A DNA stretch of 64,000 bases from an uncultured Candidatus Rokubacteria bacterium (lineage in GTDB: Bacteria; Methylomirabilota; Methylomirabilia; Rokubacteriales; CSP1-6). The stretch spans positions 352,001 through 416,000 of the forward strand of contig CAVWWD010000007.1 in assembly GCA_963758635.1 (NCBI GenBank), in the 5' to 3' direction. The translations under genes and the position numbers were made by a program. The notes beneath the pieces were generated by a model, which searched no databases, had not been told where the DNA came from, and was given only the letters and a program-made list of their open reading frames with translations. Each line of letters opens with the position of its first letter. The first letter of the stretch is position 1. This document shows positions 1-8,420 of this stretch, one piece after another.

Positions 1-905
1 TACTCCAGCCGGGCGGCGAGGCCGTAGCCGGCGAGGGCCGCGGCGCCGAACGAGCCGACGAGCCCGGTGAGCAGCACGATCGTGAGGTTGGTGAGCACGG
101 TGTTGAGCGAGCCGGGCGCGCCCACGCGCAGGATCTCGCCGAAGAGCCGGCCCCGGAACCGCACGCCGGCGAGGGACAGCCGCACCAGGCCCCGGCCCGA
201 CGCGAGATAGCCCAGGAGGACGAGGGCCCCGAGCCCGAACGAGGCGACGCTGGCCGTGGCGGTGCCCGCCACGCCGAGCCGCGGCAGGGGGCCCCACCCG
301 AGCACCAGGCCGGGGGAGAGCAGGCCGTACATCACGCTGGCGCCCAGCGCCACGCCGGCGGGAAGGGCCATCACGCCGGTTCCGCGCACGACCGAGGCCG
401 CGGTGTTGAAGAGCCAGTACGAGGCGGCTCCGCCGAACACGACGGTGGAGTAGGTGACGGCCGCGTCCAGCACCGGGCCCTCCGCGCCCATCGCCCGGTA
501 GAGCCGGGGACCCAGCGTCCACGCCCCGGCCGTGAAGAGCGTGGCCATGGTGAGCGCGATGACGAGGGCGTGCACGGCGAGGAGGTCCGCGTCACCGCGC
601 CGGCCGCTGCCGAGCGCGCGCGCCACCGCGGCGGCCACGCCGCCGCCCATGCCGCCCGCCGACATCGTCTGCATGAGCATCACGAGCGGGAAGACGACGG
701 CCACGCCGGCCAGGGCGGGCGCGCCCAGCCAGCCCACGAAGTACGCGTCGAGCGCGCTGACCGCGGCCTGCGCCACCATGACGAGCACGTTCGGCGCGGC
801 GAGGCGCAGGAGCGTGGGCGTGATCGGGCCGTCGAGCAGCAGGCGGGTGCGGGCGGCCATCGCCCCCGGAGGGGCCGGCGGCGCGAGCGCGGCAGGGGTG
901 GCCAT
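1..905 (-). CDS. MATE family efflux transporter (3' part runs off the window)
   Basis: Manual translation from ATG at 905: ...LLDGPITPTLLRLAAPNVLVMVAQAAVSALDAYFVGWLGAPALAGVAVVFP...GFGAAALAGYGLAARLE-like stretches, typical MATE motifs; absent from the ORF track because there is no stop in the window. Confidence 0.85.
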   Translation of the reverse strand, partial: MATPAALAPPAPPGAMAARTRLLLDGPITPTLLRLAAPNVLVMVAQAAVSALDAYFVGWLGAPALAGVAVVFPLVMLMQTMSAGGMGGGVAAAVARALGSGRRGDADLLAVHALVIALTMATLFTAGAWTLGPRLYRAMGAEGPVLDAAVTYSTVVFGGAASYWLFNTAASVVRGTGVMALPAGVALGASVMYGLLSPGLVLGWGPLPRLGVAGTATASVASFGLGALVLLGYLASGRGLVRLSLAGVRFRGRLFGEILRVGAPGSLNTVLTNLTIVLLTGLVGSFGAAALAGYGLAARLE

Positions 906-938
906 ACGTGAGTATGAAAATAGTAGTGACTATGGAAA

Positions 939-967
939 TTGTCAAGTCCGAGCCCGGCGGCTATACT
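939..967 (+). promoter_or_regulatory. sigma-70 promoter for the HxlR gene (leaderless)
   Basis: TTGTCA(939-944)-17 nt-TATACT(962-967), with GTG start 7 nt downstream; overlaps a divergent TTGACA (940-945, minus strand) facing the MATE gene. Confidence 0.7.
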
Positions 968-974
968 GGGCGCC

Positions 975-1445
975 GTGACCAAGCGTTACGGCCAGGCCTG
1001 CCCGGTGGCCAAGTCCCTGGAGCTGGTGGGGGACCGGTGGACGCTCCTCATCGTCCGGGACCTCCTGGGCGGCACGCGCCGGTTCCAGGACCTCGCGGCC
1101 TCGCAGAAGGGCATCGCGCCCGCCATGCTGTCCGACCGGCTCAAGCGCATGGAGCGCCACGGGCTCGTGACGCGCGAGTTCTACTCCGAGCACCCGCCCC
1201 GGGCGCGGTACACCCTCACCGAGCGGGGACGGGGACTGGGCTGGGTGGTCGGGGCTCTCGCGGCCTGGGGATCGCAGCACGTGTTCAAGCAGACGCGCAT
1301 GGTCCACGCGGACTGCGGCCACGAGATCCAGCTCGGCTACCACTGCCCGGCCTGCGCCACGCGCATCCCCGGCGCCAGCGTGAAGCTCGATCGAGTGCCC
1401 CCGCGCGCGAGGACCCGGGCGCGCCCGGCTCCCGCGAAGGGCTGA
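975..1445 (+). CDS. HxlR family winged-helix transcriptional regulator with C-terminal Cys/His motifs
   Basis: YGQACPVAKSLELVGDRWTLLIVRDLL...RF.DL...GIAPAMLSDRLKRM...Y.LTERG; C-terminal HADCGH...CPAC. Confidence 0.9.
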   Translation: MTKRYGQACPVAKSLELVGDRWTLLIVRDLLGGTRRFQDLAASQKGIAPAMLSDRLKRMERHGLVTREFYSEHPPRARYTLTERGRGLGWVVGALAAWGSQHVFKQTRMVHADCGHEIQLGYHCPACATRIPGASVKLDRVPPRARTRARPAPAKG

Positions 1446-1500
1446 CGGCGCCACTGCGGCCCTCGGGCCGGGTGTTATCATTCGGCAGAGCCGCCCCCCC

Positions 1501-1980
1501 ATGTTCGATATCGGCCTGCAGGAGCTGGTCCTCATCTTCGTCATCGCCCTCCTCGTGTTCGGTCCGAAGAACCTGCCGCAGCTCGGCCGCTCCCTCGGCC
1601 GCGCCATGCGGGAGTTCCGGAAGGCCAGCGATGAGTTCAAGAGCACGATCGAGACGAACCTGCAGATGAACGAGATCGACCCGCCGCCCACCCTCCAGCC
1701 GGCCGGCAACGTCCCGGCGCTCCCGCTCGAGACGCCCGCCCCGGCCGCCACTGCCGAGCCGGTCCTGGACCCGGAAGGGGCGTCGGTCGCCCAGGAAACG
1801 GCGTCGCCGCCTGGAGAGCCGTACGTGGCCCAGCGCGGAGCTCGGCTCTTCCACGGCAGGGAGTGCGGGTGGCTCAAGAAGGTGTCCGAGGCCGACCGGG
1901 TCTACTTCAAGCGCGTGGCCGAGGCCCGGGAGGCGGGCTTCGTCAACTGCCCGGCCTGCGACCCGTGGGAGCCCACGTAA
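1501..1980 (+). CDS. tatB: TatA/TatB family translocase subunit with C-terminal Ada-like metal-binding domain
   Basis: MFDIGLQELVLIFVIALLVFGPKNLPQLGRSLG...EFRKA; tail YVAQRGARLFHGRECGW...AREAGFVNCPACDP. Confidence 0.75.
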   Translation: MFDIGLQELVLIFVIALLVFGPKNLPQLGRSLGRAMREFRKASDEFKSTIETNLQMNEIDPPPTLQPAGNVPALPLETPAPAATAEPVLDPEGASVAQETASPPGEPYVAQRGARLFHGRECGWLKKVSEADRVYFKRVAEAREAGFVNCPACDPWEPT

Positions 1981-1992
1981 AATTTTTTTGGC

Positions 1993-2035
1993 TTGCGATC
2001 CTCAACGGGTGTTGACTATTATCATGTTGAGTTGA
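1993..2035 (+). promoter_or_regulatory. lexA promoter with candidate LexA operator
   Basis: TTGCGA(1993-1998)-18 nt-TATTAT(2017-2022); palindrome TCAAC-GGGT-GTTGA (2002-2015) lies in the spacer; extra GTTGA at 2026 and 2031. Confidence 0.55.
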
Positions 2036-2090
2036 TTTGGGCAGGTCCCGGAAGCGGTAGCGAGATGGCGAGCGCACAGGGGGAGACCGA

Positions 2091-2720
2091 ATGAAGGAGA
2101 TGACGGCGCGGCAGCGGGAGGTCCTGGCGTTCGTCCGGAGCTTCATCGAGCGTCACGGGGCCCCGCCCACGGTGCGGGAAATCGGAGAGCGCTTCGGCTT
2201 CACGGCGCGCGCCGCCTTCGACCACCTCCGGGCGCTGGAGCGCAAGGGCATGCTCCACCGCCGGGTCACGGACAAGCGGGTCTCCCGCACCCTCGTCCTG
2301 TCGGACCGCACGCCGGCGCGGCGGCCGGCCGTCCGCGAGATCCCCGTCCTCGGCCGCATCGCCGCGGGCACCCCGCTCTACGCCGAGGAGAACCGGGAAG
2401 ACTCCATTCCCGTGCGTCCCGAGTGGTTCGCCCGCAAGGGCGAGGACCTGTTCGCCCTGCGCGTGCGCGGCGACAGCATGATCGACGCCCACATCATGGA
2501 TGGGGACCTCGTCCTTGTCCGGCGCCAGGACTCGGCGCAGCCCGGAGACGTGGTCGCCGCGCTCGTGGACAGCGAGGCCACGGTCAAGCGCTTCTCGCGC
2601 GACGGCCAGTCGGTCGTGCTGCGCCCCGAGCACCCCACGATGAAGCCGATCGTCGTCGCCCCGGGAAGCGCGGACTTCAAGATCCTCGGCAAGGTCATCG
2701 GCCTCATTCGCGGCTTCTGA
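2091..2720 (+). CDS. lexA: SOS repressor LexA
   Basis: N-terminal wHTH PPTVREIG, Ala-Gly cleavage site IAAG, catalytic Ser in GDSM and Lys in ATVKR. Confidence 0.97.
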   Translation: MKEMTARQREVLAFVRSFIERHGAPPTVREIGERFGFTARAAFDHLRALERKGMLHRRVTDKRVSRTLVLSDRTPARRPAVREIPVLGRIAAGTPLYAEENREDSIPVRPEWFARKGEDLFALRVRGDSMIDAHIMDGDLVLVRRQDSAQPGDVVAALVDSEATVKRFSRDGQSVVLRPEHPTMKPIVVAPGSADFKILGKVIGLIRGF

Positions 2721-2732
2721 GGGAGACGCACC

Positions 2733-2978
2733 ATGCGGACGCTCACGACTCCACGCACTCGCCACGGACGCTACGCGGCTCGCCGCCCGAGACCGGGCGC
2801 GCGCCGGCCCCGGCCGCTCGCTCGGCTCTACCTGGGAGCGCGCCCGCGGCGGCCGCTCCTCGCCCCCCGGCCGCACCGGACGGCGCCGGTGTCCGCGGTC
2901 CGGGAGTGGCTGGGCGGCGCGGCGATGGTGCTCGGGGTGGTCTCCTGGGGGGTCGTGCTGACGCTGCTCGCCGGCTGA
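2733..2978 (+). CDS. small Arg-rich protein with a C-terminal transmembrane helix, probably co-transcribed with lexA
   Basis: 12 nt after the lexA stop, GGGAG RBS, hydrophobic C-terminus WLGGAAMVLGVVSWGVVLTLLAG. Confidence 0.6.
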   Translation: MRTLTTPRTRHGRYAARRPRPGARRPRPLARLYLGARPRRPLLAPRPHRTAPVSAVREWLGGAAMVLGVVSWGVVLTLLAG

Positions 2979-3081
2979 CGACCCTCGCAGAATGCGCTAA
3001 CCGCCACGGGCCTCTACAGTCCTACCGCTCGGCCTGAGTCTGATGCGCGAGGCTCTCGAGCCGGCGCGACGAGCGGGACGG

Positions 3082-4989
3082 CTACGACTCGGCCAGCCGC
3101 TCCCAGGGCTTGACCGCGATGAACAGGTCGAGCAGATCCGCGTCGATCGCCCCCGCCTTCCGCTCGAACCCGAGGATGTCCAGCGCCTTGTCCACCGGGA
3201 CCGCCGCCTTGTACGGGCGGTCGTGGGCGGTGAGCGCGTCGAAGATGTCGGTGATCGTCATCATCCGCGACTGGATCGCGATCGACGTGCCCTGGACGCC
3301 CTCGGGGTAGCCGCTCCCGTTGAGCTTCTCGTGGTGCGCGCGCGCGATGTCCGGGATGTTCCGCAGCTCGCGCGTCCAGGGGATCTGGATCAGGAACTGG
3401 TAGGTGTGCACCACGTGCGACTGGATCTGCCTGAACTCCTCGGGGGTCAGGCTCCCGCGCTGGATCGACAGCATGCGCGCCTCGTCGGGCGTGATGACCG
3501 TGGCGGCGGTGCCCCGGTGGTCCACGAACGGGATGAGGGGCAGCTGCTGGATCCGCGCCGCCACGTCCTGCGGCAGCACGCTCGGCTCGTTGGCGGACAC
3601 CACCGCGGCCAGGTGCTCGTCCAGCTCGCGCAGGAGCTTCTCGATCTCGCGGTCGTGGATGGCCAGGCGCTCGGCGGCGCGCCCCGGCCCCTCGCGGAGC
3701 GCGACCTCGAGCTTCTCGCGGGTCAGGCGCAGCTCCACGCCCCGCTTCATCAGGTCCACGCGCTGGCGGATCAGATCGAGGTGCTGGGGGAAGAGCTTCT
3801 TGGCCTTGACGAGGACCTCTTCGCGCACGCCGACCTTGCCGAAGTCGTGGAGCAGCGAGGCGTAGCGGATCTCCTTCATCTCGTCGGCGGAGAAGCGCAC
3901 CGCGCGGAAGGGCGCGTCGTCGGCGCGGTCGACGGCGGTGGCGAGGGCCACCGTGAGGTCGGCCACGCGGAACGAATGGCCGGAGGTGGTCGGATCGCGC
4001 GACTCGATGGCGGTGACCGAGGCGCGGACGAACCCCTCGAACAGGGTCTGGATGCTCTCGAGCAGCCGGCTGTTCTGGAGCGCCACCGCCGCCTGCGAGG
4101 CCAGCGACTCGGCCAGGCTCATGAATCGCTCGGGATAGGGGACGGCCTCGCGCTCGATGGCCGCCGCGGAGGGGAAGCGCCGGTTGCCATGGCGCTTGCA
4201 GTTGATGAGCTGGAGCACGCCGATGGTCTGCCCCGCGGGCGTGCGCATGGGCACCACGAGCATCGACTTGGTCCGGTAGCCCGCCTGCTGGTCGAAGGAC
4301 CGGTTGATGCGATAGAGCGCGCCCGGCGGCGGGCGGTAGGCGTCCTGCAGGTGGAGGACCTCGCCGGTCAGGGCCACGTGCCCGGCCACGCTCTCCTCGC
4401 TGATCGGAATGGTGAACTCGCGGAACGGCACGCTCACGAAGTCGTTCTGGGTGAGCTTGAAGCGGAGCTGCGGATCGCCCTCCTCGGGCTCCTCCGCGAG
4501 ATAGATCGAGCCGGCGTCGCTGTGCGTGATCTCGCGCGCCTTGGTGAGGATCATCGTCAGGAGGGCGTCGGTGTCCCGCTCCGCGGAGAGCCGCACGCCG
4601 ATCTGGTTCAGCTCCTCGAGCTGCTGCTTCGTCTGCTCGGATTCGCGGGTGAGGCGCCCGTGCTCGAAGGCGTTGTCGAGGGCGCGGGCGAGGATGAACG
4701 GGGCCACCGGCTTCGGCAGGTACGCGTAGCAGGTCGTGGGCCAGCCGTCCGGCCCGGACGCGGCGGTCACGAAGGCGAGCACCGGCGCGCCCTGGAGCTT
4801 GCCGGTCAGCTTCGAGACCAGGTCCGGAGGGTCGTGATCCAGGTCCACCACCACCGCCTCGGGATCGTCGGCGCGCCGGCGGAGCGTGTCCGCCTGGGAG
4901 AGCGGGTGGGCCTCGAAGCCCTCGGGGAGCCCGTGGGCCACCGGACCTGCCGGAGAGCCGTCCGGATACCACACGAGCTGGCGCAACAT
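3082..4989 (-). CDS. GAF + HD-GYP domain cyclic di-nucleotide phosphodiesterase
   Basis: GAF (DAGSIYL, SVAGHVA, YRTKSMLVVPM), HDFGK and HHEKLNGSGYP, DIFDALT..RPYK. Confidence 0.92.
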   Translation of the reverse strand: MLRQLVWYPDGSPAGPVAHGLPEGFEAHPLSQADTLRRRADDPEAVVVDLDHDPPDLVSKLTGKLQGAPVLAFVTAASGPDGWPTTCYAYLPKPVAPFILARALDNAFEHGRLTRESEQTKQQLEELNQIGVRLSAERDTDALLTMILTKAREITHSDAGSIYLAEEPEEGDPQLRFKLTQNDFVSVPFREFTIPISEESVAGHVALTGEVLHLQDAYRPPPGALYRINRSFDQQAGYRTKSMLVVPMRTPAGQTIGVLQLINCKRHGNRRFPSAAAIEREAVPYPERFMSLAESLASQAAVALQNSRLLESIQTLFEGFVRASVTAIESRDPTTSGHSFRVADLTVALATAVDRADDAPFRAVRFSADEMKEIRYASLLHDFGKVGVREEVLVKAKKLFPQHLDLIRQRVDLMKRGVELRLTREKLEVALREGPGRAAERLAIHDREIEKLLRELDEHLAAVVSANEPSVLPQDVAARIQQLPLIPFVDHRGTAATVITPDEARMLSIQRGSLTPEEFRQIQSHVVHTYQFLIQIPWTRELRNIPDIARAHHEKLNGSGYPEGVQGTSIAIQSRMMTITDIFDALTAHDRPYKAAVPVDKALDILGFERKAGAIDADLLDLFIAVKPWERLAES

Positions 4990-4998
4990 GCCGGGGAG

Positions 4999-5026
4999 AG
5001 TATGATCGGCGCGCCGAGGCTGTCAA
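4999..5026 (-). promoter_or_regulatory. sigma-70-like promoter of the HD-GYP gene
   Basis: TTGACA(5026-5021)-16 nt-CATACT(5004-4999), ATG 9 nt downstream, no RBS. Confidence 0.5.
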
Positions 5027-5154
5027 CCACGGTCTGCGGTTGTTTCCACGGCCCTTCCATATGCGTTTCCGCTCGCCTTCGGCTCGCTGCGCACTTCCAC
5101 TGCGCCGGTCTTGACCGGGAGCCGGACCGCGTGGTTTCCTGGGGCTCCGCGCTC

Positions 5155-6546
5155 ATGGACAAGGTCATCGCGTCACCGGAGCAGGCGGTCGCGGACATCC
5201 CTCACGGCGCCACCGTCGCCATCGCCGGGTTCGGCGTCGGCCACCGCTTCGCCTCGAGCCTCCTGCTCGCCCTGCGTAACCAGGGCACGCGCGACCTGTG
5301 CCTGGTGTGCAACTCCATGGGCGGGCCGGGCGAGGTGCGGGGGCAGATCCTCGCCGAGAACAAGCAGGTGCGGAAGCTGATCGTGTCCTTCTCCGTGCGC
5401 CCGGGCGTGCCCACGGCCGCCGAGGAGCAGATCGCCGCGGGCGAGGTGGAGGTCGAGCTGGTCCCGCAGGGCACGCTGGTCGAGCGCTGCCGCGCCGGCG
5501 GCGCGGGCATCCCGGCCTTCTACACGCCGACCAGCGTCGGCACGCTCCTGACCGAGGGCAAGGAGATCCGCGAGTTCGACGGGACGCCCTACGTCCTCGA
5601 GCGCGCCATCCGGGTGGACTACGCGCTCCTGCGCGCGCATCGCGCGGATCGCGCCGGCAACCTGCAGTTCCGCGGCGGCAGCCAGAACTTCAACCCGAGC
5701 TTCGCCAAGGCCGCCCGCGTGGCCATCGTCGAGGTGGACGAGATCGTGGACGCAGGCGGGATCCCGCCCGAGCTCATGGACCTGCCCGGGATCTTCGTGT
5801 CGCGCGTGGTCCGGAGCACGTACCCGATCGACATGACGAACCTGCGGCGGCCGGCGCGGCGCGCCGCGGACACCCCGCGCGTCTACCTCGGCAAGCCGGC
5901 GCTGACCCGCGAGGGCATCGGCCGGCGCGCCGCGGGGCTCATCAAGGACGGTAGCTACGTGAACCTCGGGACCGGCATCCCCACGCAGGTGTCGAACTAC
6001 CTGGGCCACCGCGACGTGACGCTCCACGCCGAGAACGGGATCCTCGGCTACGGCGAGATGGTCTCGGGCGACGACATCGACCTGGACGTGTACAACGCGG
6101 GCGGCCAGTTCGTGGCGCTGCGGCCCGGGGCGTCGTTCTTCGACAGCGTCACCTCCTTCGAGATGGCCCGGAGCGGCCGCATCCACGCGGTCATCCTGGG
6201 CGCGTACGAGGTGGACGAGCACGCCAACGTGGCGAACTGGAGCACGCGCGACCGTGCCCGGGGCGGGATCGGCGGGGCCATGGACCTGGTCGCGGGCGGA
6301 GCGGAGCTCATCATCGTGATGGAGCATTGCGACAGCAAGAACCGGCCGAAGCTCCGGCGGACGTGCACGTATCCCCTGACCGGCGCCGGGTGCGTGGACT
6401 AGGTCGTGACGGACCTGGCCCTGCTCCACCGGGTGGACGGCCGGTTCGTGCTCGAGGAGGTGGCGCCCGGCTTCACCCCGACCGAGGTCCTGTCCCTCAC
6501 GGAGATGGACCTCGTCGTGGCCCCGCACGTCCGGAGCATGGTGTGA
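5155..6546 (+). CDS. fused 3-oxoacid CoA-transferase (A+B subunits), interrupted by an in-frame TAG at 6400-6402
   Basis: PQGTLVERCRAGGAGIPAFYTPT, YVNLGTGIPT, HAENG, GGAMDL, YPLTG; the frame continues past TAG as VVTDLALL...LEEVAPGFT to TGA 6544-6546. Confidence 0.85.
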
Positions 6547-7427
6547 CGATCCCGCGGGTCTCCACGGGGGTTCCGAAGCTCGACGCGATGCTCGGCGGCG
6601 GGCTCCTGCCCGGCACCCTCACCGTCGTGTACGGCGCCACCGGCATCGGCAAGACGCACCTCGGCCTGGCCTTCGCCGGCCACGGCCGCGCCGCCGACGG
6701 GAGGGCCGGGATCATCTTCGACATGAACGCTCGCGGCGACTCCCAGCAGCACCACGCGTACGCCGAGCGCCTGGCCGGGTGGTCCCTCGGGCGGTGGACG
6801 CACGCGGTCACGCCCATGGCCGATCCGTTTCCGTCGCCCGCCGAGATGCAGGCGCACTACTGCGGCGCGCTGCCGTGGGTCGGCAAGCTCCGCGACTACC
6901 AGGTGCCGACGACCGACGGCATGGAGTTCGACTGGAACTGGAAGGCGGTCTACAACCACGCGCTGTACACGGTGCGGCCGTTCGTGTACTTCCACCTCGG
7001 CGCGGGCTCCCGCCGCATCGTGGTGGACGGGATCGAGCCGATGGACGTGCCCGCCGACTACATCCAGCCCTACCTCTTCGACCAGCTCTACCGCACGGTG
7101 ATCCATCGCGACAGCGAGACGCTCGGCATGGAGATCTGCATGCCCGTCTGGAAGCACCGGGCGTTCATCGACGCGCACTGCTACGACCACGCGGCGGTGA
7201 CGACGATGCTGCTGGTCACCACCGAGGAGACCCCGCTCGAGCACCTGCTCGCGCGCAAGGTGGCGGCGGGCGACATCGGGGCGGTGGCCAACACCATCGT
7301 CGTCCTCGGCAGCGAGCGCGTCGGCAACCGCCTGGGGCGCTTCGTCTGCGTGGTCAAGCACCGGGGCAGCGCGATGAGCGACGAGATCGCCGAGTTCCGC
7401 GTCACCGAGCAGGGACTCGTGCTCTGA
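6543..7427 (+). CDS. single-domain KaiC/RAD55-like RecA-superfamily ATPase
   Basis: RVSTGVPKLDAMLGGG, Walker A GATGIGKT, Walker B RIVVDG, C-terminal KHRGS; GTGA overlap with the upstream stop. Confidence 0.85.
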   Translation: MTIPRVSTGVPKLDAMLGGGLLPGTLTVVYGATGIGKTHLGLAFAGHGRAADGRAGIIFDMNARGDSQQHHAYAERLAGWSLGRWTHAVTPMADPFPSPAEMQAHYCGALPWVGKLRDYQVPTTDGMEFDWNWKAVYNHALYTVRPFVYFHLGAGSRRIVVDGIEPMDVPADYIQPYLFDQLYRTVIHRDSETLGMEICMPVWKHRAFIDAHCYDHAAVTTMLLVTTEETPLEHLLARKVAAGDIGAVANTIVVLGSERVGNRLGRFVCVVKHRGSAMSDEIAEFRVTEQGLVL

Positions 7428-8293
7428 GCGCGGGCCGCGCCGCGCTCCCCGCGGGCGCGATCCTCGAGCGCCGGCGCCGCGAGCGCTTCCGCCACGCGCC
7501 GCGGTTCCGTGTGCGCTCCGAGCAGGGCGCGCTCGGTTTCCTTGAAACCGTCGGGCTCTGCTCCACCTTCCACCGCTTCCCGGAGGGCGTGGCCTGCCTC
7601 TGGGAGGCCGTGGCCGGGCGCGCGCGCCCGCGCTGGCCGCGGCGATCCCACCACGACCCCGGGATCGGGCTCACGTGGAGCCTGAAGGACACGCTGCCCG
7701 CCCGCCGGCTCGTCTACTACGGCAAGCTCCTGAAGGGCCGGCCCATGCTGGTCGCGCTCGACCTGTTCCCCGCCTTCTACGCGCTCACGCGGGGCCGGCA
7801 GCGCGCGCGGGACTACCGGGCGGAGTACGAGGCGGGCCGGCTGTCCATCCAGGCCCGGCGGCTCATGGACAGCCTCTCGCGGGAGCGCCCGCAGTACACG
7901 CGAAGCCTGCGGGCGGAGAGCTTCATGCTGGGAGCGGAGAAGACGCGCGAGTTCGAGCGCGCCATGGCCGAGCTGCAGCAGGGCCTGTGGATCGTGAAGA
8001 TCGGCGAGCGCTACGAACCGAGCTTCTCCTACCGCTGGGACCTCCTGGAGCGGTGGCTGCCGGGACCCGTGGCCGAGGGCCGCCGGCTCACGCGCGCAGC
8101 CGCCATCGACCGGCTGGTCGGTCGTTACCTGCGCGGCGCCGGGCACTCGACGCCGGGGCGCCTGGCGCGCCTGTTCTCGCTGCCCGTCGCCGAGGTGTCG
8201 GCCTCGCTGGCCCGGCTCGAGGCCGCCGGGCAGGTGGCGAGCGACGTGACCGTGGCCGGGTGGCCAGGCCGCCACGTGGTGAGCCGCGAGTGA
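7424..8293 (+). CDS. winged-helix DNA-binding protein, AlkZ/YcaQ-related (start approximate)
   Basis: W.LKD.LP..R.VYYGKLLKGRP.LV, FERAMAELQQGLWIVK, C-terminal HTH LARLFSLPVAEVSASLARLE; family recognised by pattern only. Confidence 0.55.
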   Translation: MSAGRAALPAGAILERRRRERFRHAPRFRVRSEQGALGFLETVGLCSTFHRFPEGVACLWEAVAGRARPRWPRRSHHDPGIGLTWSLKDTLPARRLVYYGKLLKGRPMLVALDLFPAFYALTRGRQRARDYRAEYEAGRLSIQARRLMDSLSRERPQYTRSLRAESFMLGAEKTREFERAMAELQQGLWIVKIGERYEPSFSYRWDLLERWLPGPVAEGRRLTRAAAIDRLVGRYLRGAGHSTPGRLARLFSLPVAEVSASLARLEAAGQVASDVTVAGWPGRHVVSRE

Positions 8294-8330
8294 CGCGCCG
8301 AGCGGCGCCGCCGCCCGGGCTGGCCTCGGC

Positions 8331-8359
8331 TTGACACCCCGGTGGCCGATCCTTAGAGT
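8331..8359 (+). promoter_or_regulatory. sigma-70 promoter
   Basis: TTGACA(8331-8336)-17 nt-TAGAGT(8354-8359). Confidence 0.65.
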
Positions 8360-8420
8360 AAGCGCACTTTTCGACTCCGGATCCCCTGGTCGATCAATCG
8401 CTTCGACGCGAGGAGGCACT

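Noticed and set aside
3043..5154. N-terminal 704 aa of the 1119-aa plus-strand ORF
   Set aside because: Antisense shadow of the HD-GYP gene in high-GC DNA; the real CoA-transferase starts at ATG 5155
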